Made by a program: the position numbers and the translations under genes. Shown here one piece after another: positions 1 to 48,461 of a stretch of DNA of 64,000 nucleotides. Every line of letters begins with the position of its first letter. The stretch's first letter is position 1. The stretch lies in the NCBI GenBank assembly GCA_030141605.1, contig JAQGDQ010000620.1, forward strand, positions 10,853 through 74,852, written 5' to 3'. The stretch comes from Tubiluchus corallicola (Eukaryota > Animalia > Priapulida). The notes under the pieces were generated by a model. It worked only from the letters and a program-made list of their open reading frames with translations, did not search any database and was not told where the DNA came from.

Positions 1-852
1 CTTACTTTTCAAGTGGCCTACCTACTTTTCAAGTGGTCTACTTACTTTTCAAGCGGTCTACTTACTTTTCAAGCGGTCTACTTACTTTTCAAGTGGTCTA
101 CTTACTTTTCAAGCGGCCTACTTACTTTTCAAGCGGGCTACTTACTTTTCAAGCGGGCTACTTACTTTTCAAGCGGGCTACTTACTTTTCAAGCGGGCTA
201 CTTACTTTTCAAGCGGGCTACTTACTTTTCAAGAGGCTTACTTACTTTTCAAGTGGTCTACTTACTTTTCAAGTGGTCTACTTACTTTTCAAGTGGTCAC
301 TTACTTTTCAAGTGGTCTACTTACTTTTCAAGCGGCCTACTTACTTTTCAAGTGGTCTACTCACTTTTCAAGTGGTCTACTTATTTTTCAAGTGGTCTAC
401 TTACTTTTCAAGAGGCTTACTTACCTTTCAAGTGGTCTACTTACTTTTCAAGTGGTCTACTTACTTTTCAAGCGTCCTACTTACTTTTCAAGTGGTCTAC
501 TTACTTTTCAAGTGGTCTACTTACTTTTCAAGTGGTCTACTTACTTTTCAAGTGGTCTACTTACTTTTCAAGCGGCCTACTTACTTTTCAAGTGGTCTAC
601 TTACTTTTCAAGTGGTCTACTTACTTTTCAAGTGGCCTACTTACTTTTCAAGTGCTCACTTACTTTTCAAGTGGTCTACTTACTTTTCAAGCGGCCTACT
701 TACTTTTCAAGCGGTCTACTTACTTTTCAAGTGGTCTACTTACTTTTCAAGTGGCCTACCTACTTTTCAAGTGGTCTACTTACTTTTCAAGCGGCCTACT
801 TACTTTTCAAGCGGGCTACTTAATTTTCAAGCGGCCTACTTACTTTTCAAGT
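1..852. repeat. 20-bp minisatellite (cttacttttcaagtggtcta), about 42 copies, runs off the left edge
   Basis: Unit recurs every 20 nt with few variants; explains ORFs 13..1221, 33..884 and 293..823. Confidence 0.97.
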
Positions 853-1415
853 GTTACTGGAAAATCATCTGTACACCATACTAGAATGAGAGTTGGTTTT
901 TGTCAACTTAATTATGATTTATACTTCAGAAAATGTAAAAATTACGACGGGTCGCTAGTATCACCTAGTTGTCAATGTGGTTCTACTTATGAAACAGTCG
1001 GTCATTACTTAATTATCTACCCTTTTTACCACCAAGCCAGACGCGACTTATTTACAAATCTCTGCCCTCTTTTGTCAGCTTTTAACATCAATGTTTACAG
1101 TCTTGCATCAAATGAACTTGTACGTTTGTTCCTGCACAGGAACCATATTCTAGATAATTTTGTGAACACTCAAATTTTTTGTTTTAGTGCAGTCTTTTTC
1201 TTCAAACACCAAACACTTTAAATAGTATTAACTTTGTTACTCTTATTACATAGTAATGTTCATATTTATTGCAACATTTTTTGTACATTGTGGTCACCAT
1301 TGTTCTGCATCTGTCTAGCGTTTCGCTCCCACTAGGGGAGAACATATTACAGTTGTACAACTATCTGTTTCAAACCTAGTTTGATATTACATTCTCAACA
1401 AATTATGTTTAAACT
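853..1415 (+). mobile_element. 3' fragment of a non-LTR retrotransposon (ORF2 C-terminal Cys/His region plus 3' UTR)
   Basis: HTRMRVG..LN.DL...SPSCQCG..ETVGHYL..(C>Y)PFY...R resembles the C-terminal CCHC-like motif of LINE ORF2; ends in an aacaaattatgtttaaac tail. Confidence 0.65.
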
Positions 1416-2690
1416 AATGTAGTTACAGCTTCAAAAATATACATTTCTTGTCTATAAAACTTAGCAATTGTTTCTAATAGTAGAATCATTACCTTTGAAA
1501 GTTAATTAATGACAACTGAACACAGCTATTGCTTACGTCACAAAGTAACCAAGTTTGTGCAATAGTAGGCATCTTCCCTGCATATCAAGCACATCTGAGT
1601 AAGCAAAGATTGCTACAAGACGCTGATGTGATGTCGTGAAAATGAGCTCTGCGTCACACTGACGTCACTGCAGTTCATGATCATGCTTATCACGGTACAG
1701 CGCCTATTTGTCGGCCACGCGAATGTGACAAAGGCACCTTTGCCAATCTTTGTGGATTCACTGAATTGCATGTAGCTTTGAAATTTTAACAAAATTTGAC
1801 TGTCCAAAGTCATTATTATTTAATCTAAGCTTTTACTTAAAAAAAGCTGTTGTAGTTTTCAATACTTTAGAGCATAATTTATTTTGAACTTGTGTCTACA
1901 CAATTGTCCGGTTTTCCCTTAACTGTTTTACTGGAATTTATCCTGGTATCTTCCTTTACACATCCACATTAGTTTTAACATACAAGTTGAGTGGGGGTAT
2001 GGTCATATATCTTCAGTGATAGTAAGTAGTTCTTCTTTTGTATTGTTGTTCTTCTTGTTCTTGTTGTTCTAACGTTGGCAGTGCACTGTTACTCTTGCTT
2101 TAACTTTTCTTCATTTTTGTCAATTGTTTCTACATCTGATTAGGTGCGAGTTGATGAACTTGTTGTGCAACAAAAAATCAATAATTTTGCAATCCACGTA
2201 AACAGATCAAAACTTTCAAGTTATAGAGAAGCTGTTAATCGCATTTTCTATATTGGCGTAGGTTTACTTTGAGGATAGAAGCACGGAAGAATTGATACCG
2301 GTAGAGACGAGTCAAACACTGGGAGCCATTTTAAAATACAAAAGGTAATTTTTGTTTCCTGTAGTTATTTAATTCAGTGCAGGAATTGCGGGAAAATTTA
2401 ATGTGGCCCGGCTAGTCAGATAATTTGCACACCCCTGTTCTACACAAAAAACAACTGATCTTTTTTAAATGAAAACGTTGGTAGATTCATTAGGAAGTTT
2501 GTCAGAATGTTTTAGACATACTTTGCATAATGATGAACACTTTTCTTTTTAGGTATACAGTGTACAATGGAACACCCACGTTCCTACTGCTCGTGTAAGG
2601 TTCTGCGTTCCAGAGGGAATTTTTGAAACGACATACTTTGATAAGATAGTGTGTTATTATTAAACGTGTAAGAACACGTCTTTGATAACC

Positions 2691-3190
2691 TTTTCATAGT
2701 TTCAGAGATTGATGAGGGTCGTGAAAAGGTCAAAGGTTAAGTGTACCGGACAACGCACTTGTGTACACTTGACAACGCCTCGTAGTTGTGATAGTAACAG
2801 TTTTAACAGCTAACCAGAACCTTACCTAGTTTGTTTTTTCTTGTTCTCAAGCAAGTTTTTATTATGACGTGTGTGTGTTTACCTAAAACTACCTTACTTG
2901 ATGCTATAAATTCGCATATAGTATTAAAGACAAAACTTTTTCATAGTTCCAACGATTGATGATGATCGTAAAAAGGTCAAAGGTTAAGTGTACCATACAA
3001 CGCACTTATGTACACTTGACAATGCCTCCTAGCTCATGCTATTGAGATAGTAACAGTTTTAACAGCTAGATAGAACCGTACCTAGTTCATTTTTTCTTAT
3101 ATTATCAACGAAGTTTTATGATATGTGTGTTTACCTAAAACTACCTTACCTGATACAATCAATTCGCGTATATAAACATAAAACTTTTCG
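2691..3190. repeat. Diverged ~247-bp tandem duplication (2 copies)
   Basis: ttttcatagt...aaaaggtcaaaggttaagtgtacc block starts at 2691 and 2938. Confidence 0.9.
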
Positions 3191-5725
3191 TATAGGTAAT
3201 ATAACCATGAGAGCAAAGGTAAACACAATCTATGGTAATTCTCAATGTCTATTATTGCAGAAGTACAAGCCTAATTGTTTGTAAACCAGAAATTAACAAA
3301 CATCTTTGACTTTTGTAAGTTTTTGTAGAAAAAGAGGTTTTGAAAGAATGTTCAATGTGTGTTGTAAATACGTACGTTGTCTAGCTGAGCAGGTAGATGG
3401 CAGCATCGTTGTACATCTTTAAAGTTTTTTTTAAGTTTCTGTCACACATACCACGTGTAGACAAGCTGAACACTTTAGAATTAGACTCTATACAAGATTG
3501 CATAGATGTGTATGTATTAATGAAACTCTTTATAATGCTAATTTAATGCCAATTTTTTTTGCAATTCCAAAGCAGGCCATATGAAGAGCTTTGACTGTAT
3601 TTGGTTTAGTTTAACCTTGTACTGACTTTATGCGAAGGCAACGGTGATTGAATCCGAGTGCAAGCCCTATTGTTCGCTATTGTGTGAAAATATGTAACGC
3701 CTAGTTAACATTGATCGCGGCTATTTGACTTCGGAACAGGCTAGTCCTACTGGGCCAAGTGTCAAACAAATTAGCTTCACATGTGTTAGTCAACAGCCCG
3801 CAAATTCATTGGGTTGATTCGAGCTAATAATTTTGCTCTGTGTTACTTAAAATGTTGCAAAACTGCCAAAACACGTTAAATCACGAAGTTATTGGTTTCT
3901 GTGATTATGAACTCAATGTATGTCTTGCATAGATGTGAGACAATGAATAAATATGAGCAGAAAATGGTAGCAATGAGCGCTAATACTCTGTTGTCCAGTC
4001 TTAAGCAGGCCATTTGTTACAAATGACGGAGTTTTCCAATGCCAATTTTAGTGCCAAAAACGAGCAGACTTGATTATTAACACGGAAATATTCTGCGTTA
4101 TTGTCTACTGCACACCTCTCTCACTCCCGATACATGATGCAACAGATCAGTAGTTTTGTCAGCTGCCGGAAGAGATACCTAGCGATGGACAAATGCTGCA
4201 TTTGTTATTAGTTAATTGATCAGTGGCCGGATTCAACCTGCGTGCTTTCGTGTGAAGTCAGTCTGGGCCACGCAGCACATGGTCATAGTTTCGATGTAAA
4301 CGTGTTGCTAGACATATGCCAGTTATTTCTGTATGACGTTGGCCATATTCATTACTCATGTTTTTGTGTGATAAATAAAGCAGTTTAGTTTTTTTGGAAT
4401 TCCTGGTTATGAAAACAAACGTTTTGCTTTTACGGAGACAAAGGTAATTATTTCGGCACAAAATTTTTGTTCCTACCTTGAAAATGTTTAATGAAATTCA
4501 AACAAATTGCTGATATCAAACATGAGAATCTGCCATTGAACATTAATACACAAATTATGTAAATTTATACACGAGTGAAACTTTTTTCATAAAAACGATC
4601 AACATGGCTAAACTAGAGACAAAACAGTAATAATTTAACTTTAATTATTGATAGACTATTACACTAAGACTTAGCAATATGAGTAAAAAACAGTTTTGAG
4701 TGTAACAATCAACATACTTGCATCTCTAAAAACAGAATATTTTCACAGTTGAATTGTGATATGTGTGAAGAGTTTTGCTCAAAATGTTGATTTAGAGTTA
4801 AAGAGAAAATTTACAATATTTCAACAATAAGGCATACAATTGATAAATCAGATACAAATAGTAACAGCATTTTAGATTCGAATGAAGGGAACTGTCGCGA
4901 TGCATATGAAACGGCAAGCAAACATACTGAATCATAACAATACGCCAAGCAACTCGGATATCATTACACCCCTCTCTTCTCAAACTTTTTGTTCGTTTTC
5001 ATGAGAAAGAGGTAAAGAAATGAGTATGGAAGGCCTCCAGTGAGCGACACAACAATAAGAATTGTAGCTTCTTGTACAACGTGTAAAACATCAACACATT
5101 TTGCGTGTGCATCATTGAAATACAATGAAAACAGCAGCACTGTGGCAACTTGCCAACAGTGTATGGTAGTGACAAAAGTTAAGCAATACTGAGCCTGCTT
5201 TAATTAACGGATGGATGACTGCCGTGCTATTTTCGACTATTTACTTTTTTGGAGAATGAACTATATGCATTCAAACATGACTCGTACCTTTACTTAGCGT
5301 CTCATCTTAGAGGATTACCTTTCATAACAAGCTAGATACCGATCCCCCCACAGTCATCTTACATTCGGTAGGCCCTGTCAGTGACTGTTGGATCCTGGCT
5401 TACTGGCAAACTGTATAAAAAACTAATGCTGCCTGATCATGATGATACTAAAAGCATTTCACATATTCTGTCTGGGCAAAACAGTTTGAATACGTCGCAT
5501 GTTAGAAGCATTTAAACTGGGTTTGCTCATTGTGTGACATGTGAATGTTCTAACAGTGAAAATTCAATTATCATTTGTGCCTCTGTAAAAAAACAAGAGA
5601 GCCGCCAAGATAGTATTCTATTCTGTTGATAATCTACCGCACATTTTATCTGTAACATACTTTTCTTTTGTTAGAAAAGGTGTGTCCGGTGCCTGCAAAA
5701 AAGCAGTTTGGGTGGCTCTTCTGAA

Positions 5726-5905
5726 GTGCAGCGCGTGGCAATGAAGCTCGTATTTGTGCTAGCAGTTTATTGTTCAGTGTTTGAAGATTTCCGCCATGTG
5801 ATTCAATGCACTGCTGGAGTGCAGCGCATGACAATGAAGCTCGTATTTGTGCTAGCAGTTTATTGTTCAGTGTTTGAAGATTTCCGCCATGTGATTCAAT
5901 GCGCT
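5726..5905. repeat. 93-bp tandem duplication of the aconitase C-terminus, stop codon and AATAAA
   Basis: gtgcagcgc...gattcaatgc starts at 5726 and 5819; stop copies at 5774-5776 and 5867-5869. Confidence 0.93.
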
Positions 5906-8218
5906 ACCGGCACGAAACCATTTAATCTGTTGCTCATTAAACGAGTGATCAAGTTCTATGGTTTCCTCGCTTTCGTCTTCGTGTTTCAACTTGCACTGCA
6001 ATTTCTTTCCCGGCGCGAGCGAGTCTAAACCGATCAACGATATCCTATCCGAAGGTTGTATCTTGTCGTAATCTGTCGAGTTTACGAATGTGAGAGGCAG
6101 CATTCCCTGTTTCTTCAAGTTTGTTTCGTGAATTCTGGCAAAACTTTTCACGATGATGGCACGACCGCCCAGATGACGCGGTTCTAATGCAGCGTGCTCT
6201 CTGCTGCTTCCCTCCCCGTAGTTCTCATCCCCGATGACCACCCACGGCGTTCCCTGAGCTTTGTAGTGCCGGGCGGTTTCTGGAACGGACCCCCATTGAC
6301 CCGTCTGTCGATTCTTCACTTTGTTCGCTTCTCCATTCTCCGCATTTATTGCACCGATTAACAAGTTATTGGAAATATTATCCAAATGTCCTCGATACTT
6401 CAGCCAAGGCCCGGCTGCACTAATGTGATCGGTTGTGCATTTTCCTTTGGTCTTGATCAGAACAGCCATATCTGTCAGATCTTTTCCGTCCCATTTTGGG
6501 AAGCCTGCCAAAAGCTGTAATCTCTTGCTACTCGGGTCGACGTCGACGTGGACAGAAGATCTGTCCGTTGGTGGTGCCTGGTAGGTATCAACACCGGGAT
6601 CAAAACCTTTCGTGGGAAGCTCGTCCCCAAATGGAGACTCGAGTTTAAACTTTTTCATGTCGCCACCCATTAGTTCATCCCTTTCCGGATCAAAGTCTAT
6701 AGTACCAGCTATCACGAGTGCAGTAACGATTTCTGGAGAGGCTACGAACGCGTGAGTCGCAGGATTGGCATCATTGCGTCCAGTAAAGTTACGATTGTAC
6801 GATGTCACTATTGTGTTCTTCTCTCCTTTTTTGACATCTTTCCTGTCCCATTGACCGATGCACGGTCCACACGCATTAGCCAACACCGTACCACCAAACT
6901 CTGTGAAAACTTGTGTTAAGGAATCTCGTTCCATTGTGGCTCTAATCTGCTCCGACCCGGGCGTAATCGTGAAAGCGCTCTTAGCTTTCAACCCGCGTTT
7001 CATCGCTTGCTTAGCAATAGACGCGGCCCGAGTCATGTCCTCGTAACTACTGTTTGTGCAACTACCGATCAGTCCAACTTTCATTTCAAGTGGCCAATCA
7101 TTTGCCTTCGCAGTTTCTCCCAATTTATCTATTGGATGTGCCAGATCTGGAGTAAAAGGTCCGTTCACATGAGGCTTTAGTTCGCCAAGATTAATCTCTA
7201 TAACTTGGTCGTAGTCACAGTCATCGTCGGGTTTTAGCAAGTCACGATTTTCCATAGCAAGATCACCAATTAGCTGCCTCCCTGTAGCTTTGAGGTAATC
7301 GTACATTCGATGATTGAAGGGAAACACAGACGTTGTAGCACCAATTTCTGCACCCATGTTACATATTGTGCCCATTCCTGTGCATGAGATTGAATCTACC
7401 CCGGGACCAAAGTATTCTACTATTGCCCCCGTCCCACCTTTAACTGTGAGAATACCAGCAAGTTTTAATATGACGTCCTTCGGTGCTGTCCAGCCACTTA
7501 ACTTTCCTTCTAACTTAACTCCGATAACCTTCGGACACTTTAACTCCCACGGAAGATCAGCCATAACGTCGACGGCATCCGCACCACCCACACCAATGCA
7601 CAACCCGCCTAGGCCACCACCGTTTGGCGTGTGACTGTCTGTGCCAATCAGCAACACACCAGGGTATGCGTAATTTTCTAAAATAATTTGGTGTATGATT
7701 CCACTACCAGGTTTCCAGAATCCGACGCCATATTTGGCTCCAGCAGTTGATAAAAAGTTGTATACTTCGGCGTTGACGTCTTTTGCTCGCGCCAAATCCT
7801 TCTCACCGCCTACTTGAGCTTCAATAAGATGATCACAATGGATAGTTGATGGAACAGCCGCCTTATCGAGACCGCTGCTTATGAACTGTAACATTGCCAT
7901 TTGTGCAGTAGCATCTTGCATAGCAACGCGATCCGGTCGCAACAGAAGATAACTTTGACCTCTGACGATCTCTTGTGATTCTGGATGATCTATATGCCCA
8001 TAGAGAATTTTTTCAGATAAAGTTAGTGGCCTGTTTAGTCGGTTTTTGACAATATCAATCTTTTTTCTTAGGGTATCGTATGACAAAAATTTGTCTTGTT
8101 CAAATTTGCTAATAGGAACTTTTTGAGCTGCTACAACACTTGAAGCAAAATGTCGTGCTTGATACAAACGTGTGCACCAAATCCTGTGGCACATCAACCG
8201 CATGTGGACTGCCATCAT
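5867..8218 (-). CDS. ACO2: Mitochondrial aconitate hydratase, intronless CDS, about 783 aa
   Basis: Uninterrupted ORF with [25 protein letters not shown] and ACGPCIG (three Fe-S Cys), SYNRNF, CTTDHIS, GEGSSRE; Arg-rich transit peptide (ARHFASS). First ATG at 8218 (the track start 8251 is not ATG). Confidence 0.96.
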   Translation of the reverse strand: MMAVHMRLMCHRIWCTRLYQARHFASSVVAAQKVPISKFEQDKFLSYDTLRKKIDIVKNRLNRPLTLSEKILYGHIDHPESQEIVRGQSYLLLRPDRVAMQDATAQMAMLQFISSGLDKAAVPSTIHCDHLIEAQVGGEKDLARAKDVNAEVYNFLSTAGAKYGVGFWKPGSGIIHQIILENYAYPGVLLIGTDSHTPNGGGLGGLCIGVGGADAVDVMADLPWELKCPKVIGVKLEGKLSGWTAPKDVILKLAGILTVKGGTGAIVEYFGPGVDSISCTGMGTICNMGAEIGATTSVFPFNHRMYDYLKATGRQLIGDLAMENRDLLKPDDDCDYDQVIEINLGELKPHVNGPFTPDLAHPIDKLGETAKANDWPLEMKVGLIGSCTNSSYEDMTRAASIAKQAMKRGLKAKSAFTITPGSEQIRATMERDSLTQVFTEFGGTVLANACGPCIGQWDRKDVKKGEKNTIVTSYNRNFTGRNDANPATHAFVASPEIVTALVIAGTIDFDPERDELMGGDMKKFKLESPFGDELPTKGFDPGVDTYQAPPTDRSSVHVDVDPSSKRLQLLAGFPKWDGKDLTDMAVLIKTKGKCTTDHISAAGPWLKYRGHLDNISNNLLIGAINAENGEANKVKNRQTGQWGSVPETARHYKAQGTPWVVIGDENYGEGSSREHAALEPRHLGGRAIIVKSFARIHETNLKKQGMLPLTFVNSTDYDKIQPSDRISLIGLDSLAPGKKLQCKLKHEDESEETIELDHSFNEQQIKWFRAGSALNHMAEIFKH

Positions 8219-9769
8219 GTAGAGTATTTTCACAACCCTGTAGTAAAACAAAAACGGTTAAATTTAATTATAAGTTTACATTTAATTTTGTGATCCAAGG
8301 CATTAAGTCACCTGCCACCGAATTTTACTCTATATTTTAATTTCTATTTCAGTTCAACTATAATACAAAAAGACAAAAAATAATGGAAATAGACTGACTT
8401 GACTTGACGTAGATGATTGACGTTTCAAACCGGCGTTTCAAGCCCTCCACATGAAGTGCTTCATTTATTTACTACTACTAATTTACTTGACACTAGATGC
8501 TAAGTTACATAGATTTTACTGTAAAAAAACCCACGATACCGATGGCAACTTAATTGATAAAATGAAACTAAAAGCGAAAGTGAAGGTCATGCATTACGGT
8601 AATTTTATCACCGCATGAAAAGCAGTAAAAGCCGCAGAACGCCAAAGATCAGAGGTTATGGCTTGTGGCGCCATCTAACGTAGGGAAATGAAAACGCTTT
8701 TACACGTTTCGTAGGCTAACTATACGAGAGAAAGAATTGCAGGAGTAATTCAGAAAAATATTAATATGACAAGATTTAATTATTTTGGTGCATACTGCAG
8801 AAGACAGTACAAAATTATTAAGATTTTTGGTTGCTGTCTAAACACATCTTCTCTTACTCTAAGAAATAGTGAAAACCATAATGTTAAATCCGTATACGTA
8901 TGAACTATTTCAGCATGGCAGCAATTTAATTAGTTCAATATATTTTACTGTTTCATTTTCCTTAAAGAATGCAGTGAAAAGCTAATAACAATTTAAGTCA
9001 CTTATTCCGCAAAACATGTACAGTGTGTATAAGTTGTAGACTATATATTAGAGACTAGAAGTTTAAGGTTCAGCTAAAAGTTAAAATAATGTACAGTGTA
9101 AAATTGACATAATAAGATATTACAGCGTCAATAAATTAGAAAAGTAATATATAACGAAAGAAACCATTACAAAAATACAAAACCTACAGTACTTAGTGGT
9201 TTTATAATGGCTTCTCTTTTTATATTTTAGTTTTCGAATTCATCGAAACTGTAACATTTTATTATGTCAGTATTTTATTGCGTCAGTTTTACACTGAGTT
9301 AGTTTAATTTTAGCGGATGAAAGCTTTTAGTCTAAGATAAACTGTGCGGCAACAGGGCAATTCTGTGATCTTTTAAGTTTGTATAGTCCTATATTATTTC
9401 CAGTAGATCAAATTATATTAAAAAATACAGTTGCAGAATTAAGTTAAACACTTAGATTAATTGTTGTTGAACACAAACTGAGGTTATCTTATCACAATTA
9501 AAGTTTTTAGAAGTATATAAAAAGATTTTGTAAACTTCATGACAGAAATAAAAATTCTCCACAATCCAGATACTGAGTTTGCGAGTAATCTACAAAATTT
9601 AACATTACGCAAACGTTCCCTTTTTCAACACTGAGAGAATTCGTGCTAGCAACATTACTGTATTCTGCTGAGTACTGAATAGATAAAAATAATTGTATAG
9701 TACAAGACTGCGAGTAATGTGTGTTAAGTTGTATTTTAAACTAAAGATGTCAGGACGTGTTGTAACCGG

Positions 9770-9840
9770 AACTGCAGACTGCAGACTTCGGCTCTTTCGT
9801 TATTTTCCGTAAGCGTTCGCGTTTTCGACTTAAAGGCAAC

Positions 9841-9846
<6 letters not shown>
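9770..9846 (+). promoter_or_regulatory. Probable housekeeping-type promoter / 5' UTR of transportin
   Basis: Locally CpG-richer; ETS-like accggaa at about 9765 and YY1-like caacATGGCG overlapping the start codon; motif matches only. Confidence 0.3.
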
Positions 9847-45441
<35,595 letters not shown>

Positions 45442-46721
45442 TGCTGGTGTGGACCGGGCAAGGTGGGTAACCTAACCTAACCTAACCTAACATAACGCTC
45501 GTGCCAGTATTTTGTTGTAGTCCGTATTTCACATGCACTTTTCTTCGATGCGTACTGTTACGTTTTCTTTTGAAATTAAGGTAATTTGCCGGGACCGATG
45601 TGTGATGCGTCGCCATAGAAACGGGGATAGTGTTCTGCGGATTAGCAACTCAACAGACACCAGGTGGGAGGGAGAGGGATGTATGGAAATCAACACGAGG
45701 GACTTTCATATACAAATTCATCGCTTCAAAGTTTGGACATTTTGACTAGGAAAAATTTTACTTCTTTTTAAAAAGAAACAAGAGTAACTAGGGATAATCA
45801 GACATCGTTTAGAATTGATATTTTAAGTCATAAGCGAAGTTGTACAGCGCTAATTACGTAATCTTTGTTCGTATCGAGAATCTGAGTCAAAACCAAAATG
45901 ATCGCTTCTTTAGTTAAGGCCCTGATCTATTTGTTGCCATTGTTGTATCTCTATAACGAGGTTTGCTTCGGCAAGGTTGATATTGAGTCGTTGAACGAGT
46001 GCAGCGGTGGCATCAAATAGATCTATTTTTCTTAGCATTATTATTCTAACGTAGCTGTAGCCAATAAGCATGCAGTAATAGAAGTAAGCCATTGTCGAGT
46101 TTCAAAAATTTTATGTAAAAACGCAACAATTGAATGTATCGCGAACGTTAGTTTTTACGGTAGAATGTTTTACTATATTTTGTTCGGAAGTAAATCTTCA
46201 TCTTAATAACTAGACGATATTGTATACGTGTTAAATTGGTCAATCAATCAATCAGTGTCTACCGCCTGACCCGTGTTAATGTTGGTGATATCTGTGTTGG
46301 GGAATTCCATTGTTATCCTACTCCTGCCAGTATTTGAATCCTTCTCTGTGTATTTTATTGTGTACGTTGTAAAGAGGTGCCCACATCGGGTGGGACGTGT
46401 ACGAGGTTTACCGGGGAGGGGGGGCGATAGTAAGTTGTCGTGTAAAAGGGGGTATTTGTTATGATAAGAAGAACCTCTTATCAGAAATTTGAAGAAAAAT
46501 CTCGAGCTAGTGAGAAATGTGAAGACGGGTGTGACCTTGAAATGTGAAGACGAATGTGACCTTGAAATGTGAAGACGGATGTGACCTTGTGAGCAGCAAA
46601 GTTCGACTTCCGGAAAGGCATCCTGAATGAATTGAAGTTTTGCATTATTATCAGTATGTTATTGCCACGTGTAAAGACTTAGGTTTTGAAGCTACATTCT
46701 GTCAGTAATAAAGCTTCGTCA

Positions 46722-47391
46722 TACGCTCATATCTCGGTTTGCCGGACAAAAGCGGAAAGACGTTGGTTCGAATTTACCGATTGTCCGTGTTTACCGATGC
46801 TACACTAATACAGGTAGGCGCCGTGTATTGGACTCACAGTAATGTAAAATCAATCGCCTAATTACGGGCCGCTTCTATTAAAAATTAAATAAAAAAAAGT
46901 AAATAAAAACTATCGGCAATTGAATCAATTACTCCGCATAATTGACTGTAATGTTTTCATATATAGAGACATACATGAAATTTCACTGACACAATGACGT
47001 AAACTGCCCGCCAACTAGCGGTCAGCTTGCGAAACAACGGACTGTGTCTGTAGTATGCCGGACTTTTAACTGACCAGATTTTGTCCGAATTTTGCCAATT
47101 AGTGGTCAGCTTGCAAAACAACGGACTGTGTCTGTAGTATGCAGGACTTTTAGCTGACCAGATTTTGTCCGAATTTCGCCAACTAGTGGTCAGCTCGCGA
47201 AACAACGGACTGTGTCTATAGTGTGCGGGACTTTTAACTGACCAGATTTTGTCCGCATTTCGCCAACTAGTGGTCAGCTCGCGAAACAACGGACTGTGTC
47301 TGCAGTATGCGGGACTTTTAACTGACCAGATTTTGTCTGATTTTTCCAATATCGGTAAAAGCGATGTCCGTCGACACGAGATATGGGCGTA
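46722..47391. mobile_element. TA-flanked MITE, copy 3 (inverted), with an internal 84-bp x4 tandem repeat
   Basis: TACGCTCATATCTCGGTTTGCCGG ... CGAGATATGGGCGTA; caacggactgtg at 47035, 47119, 47203, 47287. Confidence 0.85.
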
Positions 47392-48461
47392 CGTATACAC
47401 TGCTCACTGCCACTTTGTAACTTTCTGCCATTGTAAAATTTTTCTAAATAGCCTAAATGTTTATGTCATAAGTTGTCATTTGGTAGAAAATCGTAAGTCT
47501 GACACTTATATCATTTAGAACACGGCATATGAAAGATTTTCGCGATAAGAATTGTAAGATTGCCACGTTTACTCAACGATACGTGAAAGCGAGGGTCGTC
47601 GAAAGTAAGAAGTTTGTCGCATTTCATGTGAACTAGCCTTAATATTAGCTATATTACGACTGGCCTCATATACAAAAACAGGTATATTTTGAGCTGAATA
47701 TCTGCATGAAGATTATTACATATTTGTATTCGTAGTTGCGCGAGTAAGTCACGTAATATAGCTGTGGTGCTCAATCTGTGAAAATTGTTAATTTTTACAA
47801 GCCAGAATTCATTTTTTTATGTTCAGGGTTTGTGTGTGTGAGCGTGTGTGTGTGTGTATGTGTGAGCGTGTGCGCACGTGCATGAGCAGGTGAAGTGTCA
47901 TACCTGTGATATGTGCAGCTTTTTGTATGTAAATCCCGTGTGGAATTGTCTATGCACATAATGTACTACGTCTTTCAACCTTAGCCTCGCGAGTTGTACA
48001 GAAAATATAGTCATTTCTATCTAGTGAAAGTATAAATACGTTTCTGCTGTATTTGTATAGTAACTTTTGAACGAATTGAAGCCTCGTTTTTTTTCTAATG
48101 ATCGTATTTGTTACTTTAAGCACCAATGTTTGGAAAGTATAGTATTAGTATTTTATCTAGTGCATTGCAGTTTTGCATAATGACTAAGATCAAAATGAAT
48201 TATAATCGTCATGGCAACTGATAAGCACGTTCTTTAACACTCAATATGACATTTTTTCATCGACTGATTCATATCATATTAATATTAGATAAATCAGTTT
48301 TGTTTTCCATTTAAATACTTCATTGTAAAAAGTTGGTTCAATAACTTGGAAAATATTCACTGCATATTGCAATTCATCTTATTAGATGCATTCTTATTGA
48401 GTTCGCGCTGCAATGGATTATGATTTGTGAAAAAAACTCATTTATTTACTCCTCTGAACAG

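Noticed and set aside
13-1221. 402, 283 and 176 aa ORFs
   Set aside because: Translations of a stop-free 20-bp minisatellite; only the last ~120 codons are non-repetitive and look like a LINE remnant
6858-7634. Plus-strand ORFs antisense to aconitase (also short ORFs overlapping 53718-55238)
   Set aside because: Shadow frames of a real CDS with no independent support
5867-8251. Aconitase as a bacterial horizontal transfer or contaminant
   Set aside because: Sequence is the animal mitochondrial type with a transit peptide, embedded in host-like repeats; the track start at 8251 is non-ATG and lies in a likely acceptor region
8219-8700. Iron-responsive element in the aconitase 5' UTR, as in mammalian ACO2
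   Set aside because: No CAGUGN-loop hairpin found by eye on the minus strand in this interval
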